DNA of 64,000 nucleotides from Yuukianura sp. NJ FZ-2021 (GCA_046563655.1 CM102283.1:5084001-5148000); one strand, 5' to 3'. Numbered from the stretch's first letter, positions 34,501-49,500 are shown. The notes: generated by a model from the letters alone, not told the origin. Program-made: numbers and translations.

Positions 34501-37500
34501 AAAAAATGAATTTTTTGACAAAAATTGAGATTGGTTCACTTCAGATGGGCTTTCCGAGGCAAAATATCGGAGTGCAATTTTCAGTTCTCAGATAGCTCAG
34601 AATGACTTTTTGGGGAGTTTTGAATGAAAAAAATGAATTTTTTGACAAAAATTGAGCTTGGTTCACTTCAGATGGGCTTTCAGAAGCAAAATTACGGAGT
34701 GCAATTTTCAGTTCTCAGATAGCTCAGAATGACTTTTTGGGGAGTTTTGAATGAAAAAAATGAATTTTTTGACAAAAAGTGAGATTGGTTCACTTCAGAT
34801 GGGCTTTCCGAGGCAAAATATCGGAGTGCAATTTTCAGTTCTCAGATAGCTCAGAATGACTTTTTGGGGAGTTTTGAATGAAAAAAATGAATTTTTTGAC
34901 AAAAATTGAGATTGGTTCACTTCAGATGGGCTTTCCGAGGCAAAATATCGGAGTGCAATTTTCAGTTCTCAGATAGCTCAGAATGACTTTTTGGGGAGTT
35001 TTGAATGAAAAAAATGAATTTTTTGACAAAAATTGAGATTGGTTCACTTCAGATGGGCTTTCCGAGGCAAAATATCGGAGTGCAATTTTCAGTTCTCAGA
35101 TAGCTCAGAATGACTTTTTGGGGAGTTTTGAATGAAAAAAATGAATTTTTTGACAAAAATTGAGATTGGTTCACTTCAGATGGGCTTTCCGAGGCAAAAT
35201 ATCGGAGTGCAATTTTCAGTTCTCAGATAGCTCAGAATGACTTTTTGGGGAGTTTTGAATGAAAAAAATGAATTTTTTGACAAAAATTGAGCTTGGTTCA
35301 CTTCAGATGGGCTTTCCGAGGCAAAATTACCGAGTGCAATTTTCAGTTCTCAGATAGCTCAGAATGACTTTTTGGGGAGTTTTGAATGAAAAAAATGAAT
35401 TTTTTGACAAAAATTGAGATTGGTTCACTTCAGATGGGCTTTCCGAGGCAAAATATCGGAGTGCAATTTTCAGTTCTCAGATAGCTCAGAATGACTTTTT
35501 GGGGAGTTTTGAATGAAAAAAATGAATTTTTTGACAAAAATTGAGCTTGGTTCACTTCAGATGGGCTTTCCGAGGCAAAATATCGGAGTGCAATTTTCAG
35601 TTCTCAGATAGCTCAGAATGACTTTTTGGGGAGTTTTGAATGAAAAAAATGAATTTTTTGACAAAAAGTGAGATTGGTTCACTTCAGATGGGCTTTCCGA
35701 GGCAAAATATCGGAGTGCAATTTTCAGTTCTCAGATAGCTCAGAATGACTTTTTGGGGAGTTTTGAATGAAAAAAATGAATTTTTTGACAAAAAGTGAGA
35801 TTGGTTCACTTCAGATGGGCTTTCCGAGGCAAAATATCGGAGTGCAATTTTCAGTTCTCAGATAGCTCAGAATGACTTTTTGGGGAGTTTTGAATGAAAA
35901 AAATGGATTTTTTGACAAAAATTGAGATTGGTTCACTTCAGATGGGCTTTCCGAGGCAAAATATCGGAGTGCAATTTTCAGATCTCAGATAGCTCAGAAT
36001 GACTTTTTGGGGAGTTTTGAATGAAAAAAATTGATTTTTTGGACAAAAATTGAACTTAGTTCACTTCAGATGGGCTTTCCGAGGCAAAATATCGGAGTGC
36101 AATTTTCAGTTCTCAGATAGCTCAGAATGACTTTTTGGGGAGTTTTCAATGAAAAAAATGGATTTTTTGACAAAAATTGAGCTTGGTTCACTTCAGATGG
36201 GCTTTCAGAAGCAAAATATCGGAGTGCAATTTTCAGTTCTCAGATAGCTCAGAATGACTTTTTGGGGAGTTTTGAATGAAAAAAATGAATTTTTTGACAA
36301 AAATTGAGCTTGGTTCACTTCAGATGGGCTTTCCGAGGCAAAATATCGGAGTGCAATTTTCAGTTCTCAGATAGCTCAGAATGACTTTTTGGGGAGTTTT
36401 GAATGAAAAAAATGAATTTTTTGACAAAAAGTGAGATTGGTTCACTTCAGATGGGCTTTCCGAGGCAAAATATCGGAGTGCAATTTTCAGTTCTCAGATA
36501 GCTCAGAATGACTTTTTGGGGAGTTTTGAATGAAAAAAATGAATTTTTTGACAAAAAGTGAGATTGGTTCACTTCAGATGGGCTTTCCGAGGCAAAATAT
36601 CGGAGTGCAATTTTCAGTTCTCAGATAGCTCAGAATGACTTTTTGGGGAGTTTTGAATGAAAAAAATGAATTTTTTGACAAAAAGTGAGATTGGTTCACT
36701 TCAGATGGGCTTTCCGAGGCAAAATATCGGAGTGCAATTTTCAGTTCTCAGATAGCTCAGAATGACTTTTTGGGGAGTTTTGAATGAAAAAAATGAATTT
36801 TTTGACAAAAATTGAGATTGGTTCACTTCAGATGGGCTTTCCGAGGCAAAATATCGGAGTGCAATTTTCAGTTCTCAGATAGCTCAGAATGACTTTTTGG
36901 GGAGTTTTGAATGAAAAAAATGAATTTTTTGACAAAAAGTGAGATTGGTTCACTTCAGATGGGCATTCCGAGGCAAAATATCGGAGTGCAATTTTCAGTT
37001 CTCAGATAGCTCAGAATGACTTTTTGGGGAGTTTTGAATGAAAAAAATGAATTTTTTGACAAAAATTGAGATTGGTTCACTTCAGATGGGCTTTCCGAGG
37101 CAAAATATCGGAGTGCAATTTTCAGTTCTCAGATAGCTCAGAATGACTTTTTGGGGAGTTTTGAATGAAAAAAATGGAATTTTTTGACAAAAATTGAGCT
37201 TGGTTCACTTCAGATGGGCTTTCCGAGGCAAAATATCGGAGTGCAATTTTCAGTTCTCAGATAGCTCAGAATGACTTTTTGGGGAGTTTTGAATGAAAAA
37301 AATGAATTTTTTGACAAAAATTGAGCTTGGTTCACTTCAGATGGGCTTTCCGAGGCAAAATATCGGAGTGCAATTTTCAGATCTCAGATAGCTCAGAATG
37401 ACTTTTTGGGGAGTTTTGAATGAAAAAAATTGATTTTTTGGACAAAAATTGAACTTAGTTCACTTCAGATGGGCTTTCCGAAGCAAAATATCGGAGTGCA

Positions 37501-40500
37501 ATTTTCAGTTCTCAGATAGCTCAGAATGACTTTTTGGGGAGTTTTGAATGAAAAAAATGAATTTTTTGACAAAAATTGAGATTGGTTCACTTCAGATGGG
37601 CTTTCCGAGGCAAAATATCGGAGTGCAATTTTCAGTTCTCAGATAGCTCAGAATGACTTTTTGGGGAGTTTTGAATGAAAAAAATTAATTTTTTGACAAA
37701 AATTGAGATTGGTTCACTTCAGATGGGCTTTCCGAGGCAAAATATCGGAGTGCAATTTTCAGTTCTCAGATAGCTCAGAATGACTTTTTGGGGAGTTTTG
37801 AATGAAAAAAATGAATTTTTTGACAAAAATTGAGATTGGTTCACTTCAGATGGGCTTTCCGAGGCAAAATATCGGAGTGCAATTTTCAGTTCTCAGATAG
37901 CTCAGAATGACTTTTTGGGGAGTTTTGAATGAAAAAAATGAATTTTTTGACAAAAATTGAGATTGGTTCACTTCAGATGGGCTTTCCGAGGCAAAATATC
38001 GGAGTGCAATTTTCAGTTCTCAGATAGCTCAGAATGACTTTTTGGGGAGTTTTGAATGAAAAAAATGGATTTTTTGACAAAAATTGAGATTGGTTCACTT
38101 CAGATGGGCTTTCCGAGGCAAAATATCGGAGTGCAATTTTCAGTTCTCAGATAGCTCAGAATGACTTTTTGGGGAGTTTTGAATGAAAAAAATGAATTTT
38201 TTGACAAAAAGTGAGATTGGTTCACTTCAGATGGGCTTTCCGAGGCAAAATATCGGAGTGCAATTTTCAGTTCTCAGATAGCTCAGAATGACTTTTTGGG
38301 GAGTTTTGAATGAAAAAAATGAATTTTTTGACAAAAAGTGAGATTGGTTCACTTCAGATGGGCTTTCCGAGGCAAAATATCGGAGTGCAATTTTCAGTTC
38401 TCAGATAGCTCAGAATGACTTTTTGGGGAGTTTTGAATGAAAAAAATGAATTTTTTGACAAAAATTGAGCTTGGTTCACTTCAGATGGGCTTTCCGAGGC
38501 AAAATATCGGAGTGCAATTTTCAGTTCTCAGATAGCTCAGAATGACTTTTTGGGGAGTTTTGAATGAAAAAAATGAATTTTTTGACAAAAATTGAGATTG
38601 GTTCACTTCAGATGGGCTTTCCGAGGCAAAATATCGGAGTGCAATTTTCAGTTCTCAGATAGCTCAGAATGACTTTTTGGGGAGTTTTCAATGAAAAAAA
38701 TTAATTTTTTGACAAAAATTGAGATTGGTTCACTTCAGATGGGCTTTCCGAGGCAAAATATCGGAGTGCAATTTTCAGTTCTCAGATAGCTCAGAATGAC
38801 TTTTTGGGGAGTTTTGAATGAAAAAAATGGATTTTTTGACAAAAATTGAGATTGGTTCACTTCAGATTGGCTTTCCGAGGCAAAATATCGGAGTGCAATT
38901 TTCGGTTCTCAGATAGCTCAGAATGACTTTTTGGGGAGTTTTGAATGAAAAAAATGAATTTTTTGACAAAAAGTGAGATTGGTTCACTTCAGATGGGCTT
39001 TCCGAGGCAAAATATCGGAGTGCAATTTTCAGTTCTCAGATAGCTCAGAATGACTTTTTGGGGAGTTTTGAATGAAAAAAATGAATTTTTTGACAAAAAT
39101 TGAGATTGGTTCACTTCAGATGGGCTTTCCGAGGCAAAATATCGGAGTGCAATTTTCAGTTCTCAGATAGCTCAGAATGACTTTTTGGGGAGTTTTGAAT
39201 GAAAAAAATGGAATTTTTTGACAAAAATTGAGATTGGTTCACTTCAGATGGGCTTTCCGAGGCAAAATATCGGAGTGCAATTTTCAGTTCTCAGATAGCT
39301 CAGAATGACTTTTTGGGGAGTTTTGAATGAAAAAAAATGAATTTTTTGACAAAAAGTGAGATTGGTTCACTTCAGATGGGCTTTCCGAGGCAAAATATCG
39401 GAGTGCAATTTTCAGTTCTCAGATAGCTCAGAATGACTTTTTGGGGAGTTTTGAATGAAAAAAATGAATTTTTTGACAAAAAGTGAGATTGGTTCACTTC
39501 AGATGGGCTTTCCGAGGCAAAATATCGGAGTGCAATTTTCAGTTCTCAGATAGCTCAGAATGACTTTTTGGGGAGTTTTGAATGAAAAAAATGATTTTTT
39601 TGACAAAAATTGAGATTGGTTCACTTCAGATGGGCTTTCCGAGGCAAAATATCGGAGTGCAATTTTCAGTTCTCAGATAGCTCAGAATGACTTTTTGGGG
39701 AGTTTTGAATGAAAAAAATGAATTTTTTGACAAAAATTGAGCTTGGTTCACTTCAGATGGGCTTTCCGAGGCAAAATTACGGAGTGCAATTTTCAGTTCT
39801 CAGATAGCTCAGAATGTCTTTTTGGGGAGTTTTGAATGAAAAAAAATGAATTTTTTGACAAAAATTGAGATTGGTTCACTTCAGATGGGCTTTCCGAGGC
39901 AAAATATCGGAGTGCAATTTTCAGTTCTCAGATAGCTCAGAATGACTTTTTGGGGAGTTTTGAATGAAAAAAATGAATTTTTTGACAAAAATTGAGATTG
40001 GTTCACTTCAGATGGGCTTTCCGAGGCAAAATATCGGAGTGCAATTTTCAGTTCTCAGATAGCTCAGAATGACTTTTTGGGGAGTTTTGAATGAAAAAAA
40101 TGAATTTTTTGACAAAAAGTGAGATTGGTTCACTTCAGATGGGCTTTCCGAGGCAAAATATCGGAGTGCAATTTTCAGTTCTCAGATAGCTCAGAATGAC
40201 TTTTTGGGGAGTTTTGAATGAAAAAAATGAATTTTTTGACAAAAATTGAGCTTGGTTCACTTCAGATGGGCTTTCCGAGGCAAAATATCGGAGTGCAATT
40301 TTCAGTTCTCAGATAGCTCAGAATGACTTTTTGGGGAGTTTTGAATGAAAAAAATGAATTTTTTGACAAAAAGTGAGATTGGTTCACTTCAGATGGGCTT
40401 TCAGAAGCAAAATATCGGAGTGCAATTTTCAGTTCTCAGATAGCTCAGAATGACTTTCTGGGGAGTTTTGAATGAAAAAAATGAATTTTTTGACAAAAAT

Positions 40501-43500
40501 TGAGCTTGGTTCACTTCAGATGGGCTTTCCGAGGCAAAATATCGGAGTGCAATTTTCAGTTCTCAGATAGCTCAGAATGACTTTTTGGGGAGTTTTGAAT
40601 GAAAAAAATGAATTTTTTGACAAAAAGTGAGATTGGTTCACTTCAGATGGGCTTTCCGAGGCAAAATATCGGAGTGCAATTTTCAGTTCTCAGATAGCTC
40701 AGAATGACTTTTTGGGGAGTTTTGAATGAAAAAAATGGATTTTTTGACAAAAATTGAGCTTGGTTCACTTCAGATGGGCTTTCCGAGGCAAAATATCGGA
40801 GTGCAATTTTCAGTTCTCAGATAGCTCAGAATGACTTTTTGGGGAGTTTTGAATGAAAAAAATGAATTTTTTGACAAAAAGTTGAGATTGGTTCACTTCA
40901 GATGGGCTTTCCGAGGCAAAATATCGGAGTGCAATTTTCAGTTCTCAGATAGCTCAGAATGACTTTTTGGGGAGTTTTGAATGAAAAAAATGAATTTTTT
41001 GACAAAAATTGAGATTGGTTCACTTCAGATGGGCTTTCCGAGGCAAAATATCGGAGTGCAATTTTCAGTTCTCAGATAGCTCAGAATGACTTTTTGGGGA
41101 GTTTTGAATGAAAAAAATGGATTTTTTGACAAAAATTGAGATTGGTTCACTTCAGATTGGCTTTGCGAGGCAAAATATCGGAGTGCAATTTTCAATTCTC
41201 AGAAAGCTCAGAATGATTTTTTGGGGAGTTTTGAATGAAAAAAATGAATTTTTTGACAAAAATTGAGATTGGTTCACTTCAGATGGGCTTTCCGAGGCAA
41301 AATATCGGAGTGCAATTTTCAGTTCTCAGATAGCTCAGAATGACTTTTTGGGGAGTTTTGAATGAAAAAAATGAATTTTTTGACAAAAATTGAGATTGGT
41401 TCACTTCAGATGGGCTTTCCGAGGCAAAATATCGGAGTGCAATTTTCAGTTCTCAGATAGCTCAGAATGACTTTTTGGGGAGTTTTGAATGAAAAAAATG
41501 AATTTTTTTTGGACAAAAATTGAACTTACGATTAGTTCACTTCAAATTTGCTTTCCGAGGCAAAATATCGGAGTGCAATTTTCAGTTCTCAGATAGCTCA
41601 GAATGACTTTTTGGGGAGTTTTGAATGAAAAAAATGAATTTTTTGACAAAAATTGAGCTTGGTTCACTTCAGATGGGCTTTCCGAGGCAAAATATCGGAG
41701 TGCAATTTTCAGTTCTCAGATAGCTCAGAATGACTTTTTGGGGAGTTTTGAATGAAAAAAATGAATTTTTTGACAAAAATTGAGATTGGTTCACTTCAGA
41801 TGGGCTTTCCGAGGCAAAATATCGGAGTGCAATTTTCAGTTCTCAGATAGCTCAGAATGTCTTTTTGGGTAGTTTTGAATGAAAAAAAATGAATTTTTTG
41901 ACAAAAATTGAGCTTAGTTCACTTCAGATGGGCTTTCCGAGGCAAAATATCGGAGTGCAATTTTCAGCTCTCGGATAGCTCAGAATGACTTTTTGGGGAG
42001 TTTTGAATGAAAAAAATGAATTTTTTGACAAAAATTGAGATTGGTTCACTTCAGATGGGCTTTCCGAGGCAAAATATCGGAGTGCAATTTTCAGTTCTCA
42101 GATAGCTCAGAATGACTTTTTGGGGAGTTTTGAATGAAAAAAATGAATTTTTTGACAAAAATTGAGCTTGGTTCACTTCAGATGGGCTTTCCGAGGCAAA
42201 ATATCGGAGTGCAATTTTCAGTTCTCAGATAGCTCAGAATGACTTTTTGGGGAGTTTTGAATGAAAAAAATGAATTTTTTGACAAAAATTGAGCTTGGTT
42301 CACTTCAGATGGGCTTTCCGAGGCAAAATATCGGAGTGCAATTTTCAGTTCTCAGATAGCTCAGAATGACTTTTTGGGGAGTTTTGAATGAAAAAAATGA
42401 ATTTTTTGACAAAAATTGAGATTGGTTCACTTCAGATGGGCTTTCCGAGGCAAAATATCGGAGTGCAATTTTCAGTTCTCAGATAGCTCAGAATGACTTT
42501 TTGGGGAGTTTTGAATGAAAAAAATGGATTTTTTGACAAAAATTGAGCTTGGTTCACTTCAGATGGGCTTTCCGAGGCAAAATATCGGAGTGCAATTTTC
42601 AGTTCTCAGATAGCTCAGAATGACTTTTTGGGGAGTTTTGAATGAAAAAAATGAATTTTTTGACAAAAATTGAGATTGGTTCACTTCAGATGGGCTTTCC
42701 GAGGCAAAATATCGGAGTGCAATTTTCAGTTCTCAGATAGCTCAGAATGACTTTTTGGGGAGTTTTGAATGAAAAAAATGAATTTTTTGACAAAAAGTGA
42801 GATTGGTTCACTTCAGATGGGCTTTCCGAGGCAAAATATCGGAGTGCAATTTTCAGTTCTCAGATAGCTCAGAATGACTTTTTGGGGAGTTTTGAATGAA
42901 AAAAATGAATTTTTTGACAAAATTGAGATTGGTTCACTTCAGATGGGCTTTCCGAGGCAAAATATCGGAGTGCAATTTTCAGTTCTCAGATAGCCCAGAA
43001 TGACTTTTTGGGTAGTTTTGAATGAAAAAATGAATTTTTTTACAAAAAGTGAGATTGGTTCACTTCAGATGGTCTTTCCGAGGCAAAATATCGGAGTGCA
43101 ATTTTCAGTTCTCAGATAGCCCAGAATGACTTTTTGGGTAGTTTTGAATGAAAAAATGAATTTTTTTACAAAATTGAGATTGGTTCACTTCAGATGGGCT
43201 TTCCGAGGCAAAATATCGGAGTGCAATTTTCAGTTCTCAGATAGCTCAGAATGACTTTTTGGGGAGTTTTGAATGAAAAAAATGAATTTTTTGACAAAAA
43301 TTGAGATTGGTTCACTTCAGATGGGCTTTCCGAGGCAAAATATCGGAGTGCAATTTTCAGTTCTCAGATAGCTCAGAATGACTTTTTGGGGAGTTTTGAA
43401 TGAAAAAAATGGATTTTTTGACAAAAATTGAGATTGGTTCACTTCAGATTGGCTTTGCGAGGCAAAATATCGGAGTGCAATTTTCAATTCTCAGAAAGCT

Positions 43501-46500
43501 CAGAATGATTTTTTGGGGAGTTTTGAATGAAAAAAATGAATTTTTTGACAAAAATTGAGCTTGGTTCACTTCAGATGGGCTTTCCGAGGCAAAATATCGG
43601 AGTGCAATTTTCAGTTCTCAGATAGCTCAGAATGACTTTTTGGGGAGTTTTGAATGAAAAAAATGGATTTTTTGACAAAAATTGAGATTGGTTCACTTCA
43701 GATGGGCTTTCAGAGGCAAAATATCGGAGTGCAATTTTCAGTTCTCAGATAGCTCAGAATGACTTTTTGGGGAGTTTTGAATGAAAAAAATGAATTTTTT
43801 GACAAAAAGTGAGATTGGTTCACTTCAGATGGGCTTTCCGAGGCAAAATATCGGAGTGCAATTTTCAGTTCTCAGATAGCTCAGAATGACTTTTTGGGGA
43901 GTTTTGAATGAAAAAAATGGATTTTTTGACAAAAATTGAGATTGGTTCACTTCAGATGGGCTTTCCGAGGCAAAATATCGGAGTGCAATTTTCAGTTCTC
44001 AGATAGCTCAGAATGACTTTTTGGGGAGTTTTGAATGAAAAAAAATGAATTTTTTGACAAAAATTGAGATTGGTTCACTTCAGATGGGCTTTCCGAGGCA
44101 AAATATCGGAGTGCAATTTTCAGTTCTCAGATAGCTCAGAATGACTTTTTGGGGAGTTTTGAATGAAAAAAATGAATTTTTTGACAAAAATTGAGATTGG
44201 TTCACTTCAGATGGGCTTTCCGAGGCAAAATATCGGAGTGCAATTTTCAGTTCTCAGATAGCTCAGAATGACTTTTTGGGGAGTTTTGAATGAAAAAAAT
44301 GAATTTTTTGACAAAAATTGAGCTTGGTTCACTTCATATGGGCTTTCCGAAGCAAAATATCGGAGTGCAATTTTCAGTTCTCAGATAGCTCAGAATGACT
44401 TTTTGGGGAGTTTTGAATGAAAAAAATGGAGTTTTTTGACAAAAGTTGAGATTGGTTCACTTCAGATGGGCTTTCCGAGGCAAAATATCGGAGTGCAATT
44501 TTCAGTTCTCAGATAGCTCAGAATGATTTTTGGGGAGTTTTGAATGAAAAAAAATTGAATTTTTTGACAAAAATTGAGATTGGTTCACTTCAGATGGGCT
44601 TTCCGAGGCAAAATATCGGAGTGCAATTTTCAGTTCTCAGATAGCTCAGAATGACTTTTTGGGGAGTTTTGAATGAAAAAAATGGATTTTTTGACAAAAA
44701 TTGAGCTTGGTTCACTTCAGATGGGCTTTCCGAGGCAAAATATCGGAGTGCAATTTTCAGTTCTCAGATAGCTCAGAATGACTTTTTGGGGAGTTTTGAA
44801 TGAAAAAAATGAATTTTTTGACAAAAATTGAGCTTGGTTCACTTCAGATGGGCTTTCCGAGGCAAAATATCGGAGTGCAATTTTCAGTTCTCAGATAGCT
44901 CAGAATGACTTTTTGGGGAGTTTTGAATGAAAAAAATGAATTTTTTGACAAAAATTGAGATTGGTTCACTTCAGATGGGCTTTCCGAGGCAAAATATCGG
45001 AGTGCAATTTTCAGTTCTCAGATAGCTCAGAATGACTTTTTGGGGAGTTTTGAATGAAAAAAATGGATTTTTTGACAAAAATTGAGATTGGTTCACTTCA
45101 GATGGGCTTTCCGAGACAAAATATCGGAGTGCAATTTTCAGTTCTCAGATAGCTCAGAATGACTTTTTGGGGAGTTTTGAATGAAAAAAATGAATTTTTT
45201 GACAAAAATTGAGATTGGTTCACTTCAGATGGGCTTTCCGAGGCAAAATATCGGAGTGCAATTTTCAGTTCTCAGATAGCTCAGAATGACTTTTTGGGGA
45301 GTTTTGAATGAAAAAAATGAATTTTTTGACAAAAATTGAGATTGGTTCACTTCAGATGGGCTTTCCGAGGCAAAATATCGGAGTGCAATTTTCAGTTCTC
45401 AGATAGCTCAGAATGACTTTTTGGGGAGTTTTGAATGAAAAAAATGAATTTTTTGACAAAAATTGAGCTTGGTTCACTTCAGATGGGCTTTCCGAGGCAA
45501 AATATCGGAGTGCAATTTTCAGTTCTCAGATAGCTCAGAATGACTTTTTGGGGAGTTTTGAATGAAAAAAATGAATTTTTTGACAAAAAGTTGAGATTGG
45601 TTCACTTCAGATTTGCTTTCCGAGGCAAAATATCGGAGTGCAATTTTCAGTTCTCAGATAGCTCAGAATGACTTTTTGGGGAGTTTTGAATGAAAAAAAT
45701 GAATTTTTTGACAAAAATTGAGATTGGTTCACTTCAGATGGGCTTTCCGAGGCAAAATATCGGAGTGCAATTTTCAGTTCTCAGATAGCTCAGAATGACT
45801 TTTTGGGGAGTTTTGAATGAAAAAAATGAATTTTTTGACAAAAATTGAGATTGGTTCACTTCAGATGGGCTTTCCGAGGCAAAATATCGGAGTGCAATTT
45901 TCAGTTCTCAGATAGCTCAGAATGACTTTTTGGGGAGTTTTGAATGAAAAAAATGGATTTTTTGACAAAAATTGAGATTGGTTCACTTCAGATTGGCTTT
46001 GCGAGGCAAAATATCGGAGTGCAATTTTCAATTCTCAGAAAGCTCAGAATGATTTTTTGGGGAGTTTTGAATGAAAAAAATGAATTTTTTGACAAAAATT
46101 GAGATTGGTTCACTTCAGATGGGCTTTCCGAGGCAAAATATCGGAGTGCAATTTTCAGTTCTCAGATAGCTCAGAATGACTTTTTGGGGAGTTTTGAATG
46201 AAAAAAATGAATTTTTTGACAAAAATTGAGATTGGTTCACTTCAGATGGGCTTTCCGAGGCAAAATATCGGAGTGCAATTTTCAGTTCTCAGATAGCTCA
46301 GAATGACTTTTTGGGGAGTTTTGAATGAAAAAAATGAATTTTTTGACAAAAATTGAGCTTGGTTCACTTCAGATGGGCTTTCAGAAGCAAAATATCGGAG
46401 TGCAATTTTCAGTTCTCAGATAGCTCAGAATGACTTTTTGGGGAGTTTTGAATGAAAAAAATGAATTTTTTGACAAAAATTGAGATTGGTTCACTTCAGA

Positions 46501-49500
46501 TGGGCTTTCCGAGGCAAAATATCGGAGTGCAATTTTCAGTTCTCAGATAGCTCAGAATGACTTTTTGGGGAGTTTTGAATGAAAAAAATGGATTTTTTGA
46601 CAAAAATTGAGCTTGGTTCACTTCAGATGGGCTTTCAGAGGCAAAATATCGGAGTGCAATTTTCAGTTCTCAGATAGCTCAGAATGACTTTTTGGGGAGT
46701 TTTGAATGAAAAAAATGAATTTTTTGACAAAAATTGAGATTGGTTCACTTCAGATGGGCTTTCCGAGGCAAAATATCGGAGTGCAATTTTCAGTTCTCAG
46801 ATAGCTCAGAATGACTTTTTGGGGAGTTTTGAATGAAAAAAATGAATTTTTTGACAAAAATTGAGATTGGTTCACTTCAGATGGGCTTTCCGAGGCAAAA
46901 TATCGGAGTGCAATTTTCAGTTCTCAGATAGCTCAGAATGACTTTTTGGGGAGTTTTGAATGAAAAAAATGAATTTTTTGACAAAAATTGAGCTTGGTTC
47001 ACTTCAGATGGGCTTTCCGAGGCAAAATATCGGAGTGCAATTTTCAGTTCTCAGATAGCTCAGAATGACTTTTTGGGGAGTTTTGAATGAAAAAAATGGA
47101 TTTTTTGACAAAAATTGAGCTTGGTTCACTTCAGATGGGCTTTCCGAGGCAAAATATCGGAGTGCAATTTTCAGTTCTCAGATAGCTCAGAATGACTTTT
47201 TGGGGAGTTTTGAATGAAAAAAATGAATTTTTTGACAAAAATTGAGATTGGTTCACTTCAGATGGGCTTTCCGAGGCAAAATATCGGAGTGCAATTTTCA
47301 GTTCTCAGATAGCTCAGAATGACTTTTTGGGGAGTTTTGAATGAAAAAAATGAATTTTTTGACAAAAATTGAGCTTGGTTCACTTCAGATGGGCTTTCCG
47401 AGGCAAAATATCGGAGTGCAATTTTCAGTTCTCAGATAGCTCAGAATGACTTTTTGGGGAGTTTTGAATGAAAAAGAATGAATTTTTTGACAAAAATTGA
47501 GATTGGTTCACTTCAGATGGGCTTTCCGAGGCAAAATATCGGAGTGCAATTTTCAGTTCTCAGATAGCTCAGAATGACTTTTTGGGGAGTTTTGAATGAA
47601 AAAAATGAATTTTTTGACAAAAATTGAGCTTGGTTCACTTCAGATGGGCATTCCGAGGCAAAATATCGGAGTGCAATTTTCAGTTCTCAGATAGCTCAGA
47701 ATGACTTTTTGGGTAGTTTTGAATGAAAAAAATGGATTTTTTGACAAAATTGAGATTGGTTCACTTCAGATGGGCTTTCCGAGGCAAAATATCGGAGTGC
47801 AATTTTCAGTTCTCAGATAGCTCAGAATGACTTTTTGGGGAGTTTTGAATGAAAAAAATGAATTTTTTGACAAAAATTGAGATTGGTTCACTTCAGATGG
47901 GCTTTCCGAGGCAAAATATCGGAGTGCAATTTTCAGTTCTCAGATAGCTCAGAATGACTTTTTGGGGAGTTTTGAATGAAAAAAATGAATTTTTTGACAA
48001 AAATTGAGCTTGGTTCACTTCAGATGGGCTTTCCGAGGCAAAATATCGGAGTGCAATTTTCAGTTCTCAGATAGCTCAGAATGACTTTTTGGGGAGTTTT
48101 GAATGAAAAAAATGAATTTTTTGACAAAAATTGAGATTGGTTCACTTCAGATGGGCTTTCCGAGGCAAAATATCGGAGTGCAATTTTCAGTTCTCAGATA
48201 GCTCAGAATGACTTTTTGGGGAGTTTTGAATGAAAAAAATGGATTTTTTGACAAAAATTGAGCTTGGTTCACTTCAGATGGGCTTTCCGAGGCAAAATAT
48301 CGGAGTGCAATTTTCAGTTCTCAGATAGCTCAGAATGACTTTTTGGGGAGTTTTGAATGAAAAAAATGAATTTTTTGACAAAAATTGAGATTGGTTCACT
48401 TCAGATGGGCTTTCCGAGGCAAAATATCGGAGTGCAATTTTCAGTTCTCAGATAGCTCAGAATGACTTTTTGGGGAGTTTTGAATGAAAAAAATGAATTT
48501 TTTGACAAAAATTGAGCTTGGTTCACTTCAGATGGGCTTTCCGAGGCAAAATATCGGAGTGCAATTTTCAGTTCTCAGATAGCTCAGAATGACTTTTTGG
48601 GGAGTTTTGAATGAAAAAAATGAATTTTTTGACAAAAATTGAGCTTGGTTCACTTCAGATGGGCTTTCCGAGGCAAAATATCGGAGTGCAATTTTCAGTT
48701 CTCAGATAGCTCAGAATGACTTTTTGGGGAGTTTTGAATGAAAAAAATGAATTTTTTGACAAAAATTGAGATTGGTTCACTTCAGATGGGCTTTCAGAAG
48801 CAAAATATCGGAGTGCAATTTTCAGTTCTCAGATAGCTCAGAATGACTTTTTGGGGAGTTTTGAATGAAAAAAATGAATTTTTTGACAAAAAGTGAGATT
48901 GGTTCACTTCAGATGGGCTTTCCGAGGCAAAATATCGGAGTGCAATTTTCAGTTCTCAGATAGCTCAGAATGACTTTTTGGGGAGTTTTGAATGAAAAAA
49001 ATGGATTTTTTGACAAAAATTGAGCTTGGTTCACTTCAGATGGGCTTTCAGAAGCAAAATATCGGAGTGCAATTTTCAGTTCTCAGATAGCTCAGAATGA
49101 CTTTTTGGGGAGTTTTGAATGAAAAAAATGAATTTTTTGACAAAAAATGAGATTGGTTCACTTCAGATGGGCTTTCCGAAGCAAAATATCGGAGTGCAAT
49201 TTTCAGTTCTCAGATAGCTCAGAATGACTTTTTGGGGAGTTTTGAATGAAAAAAATGAATTTTTTGACAAAACGTGAGATTGGTTCACTTCAGATGGGCT
49301 TTCAGAAGCAAAATATCGGAGTGCAATTTTCAGTTCTCAGATAGCTCAGAATGACTTTTTGGGGAGTTTTGAATGAAAAAAATGAATTTTTTGACAAAAA
49401 TTGAGATTGGTTCACTTCAGATGGGCTTTCCGAGGCAAAATATCGGAGTGCAATTTTCAGTTCTCAGATAGCTCAGAATGACTTTTTGGGGAGTTTTGAA

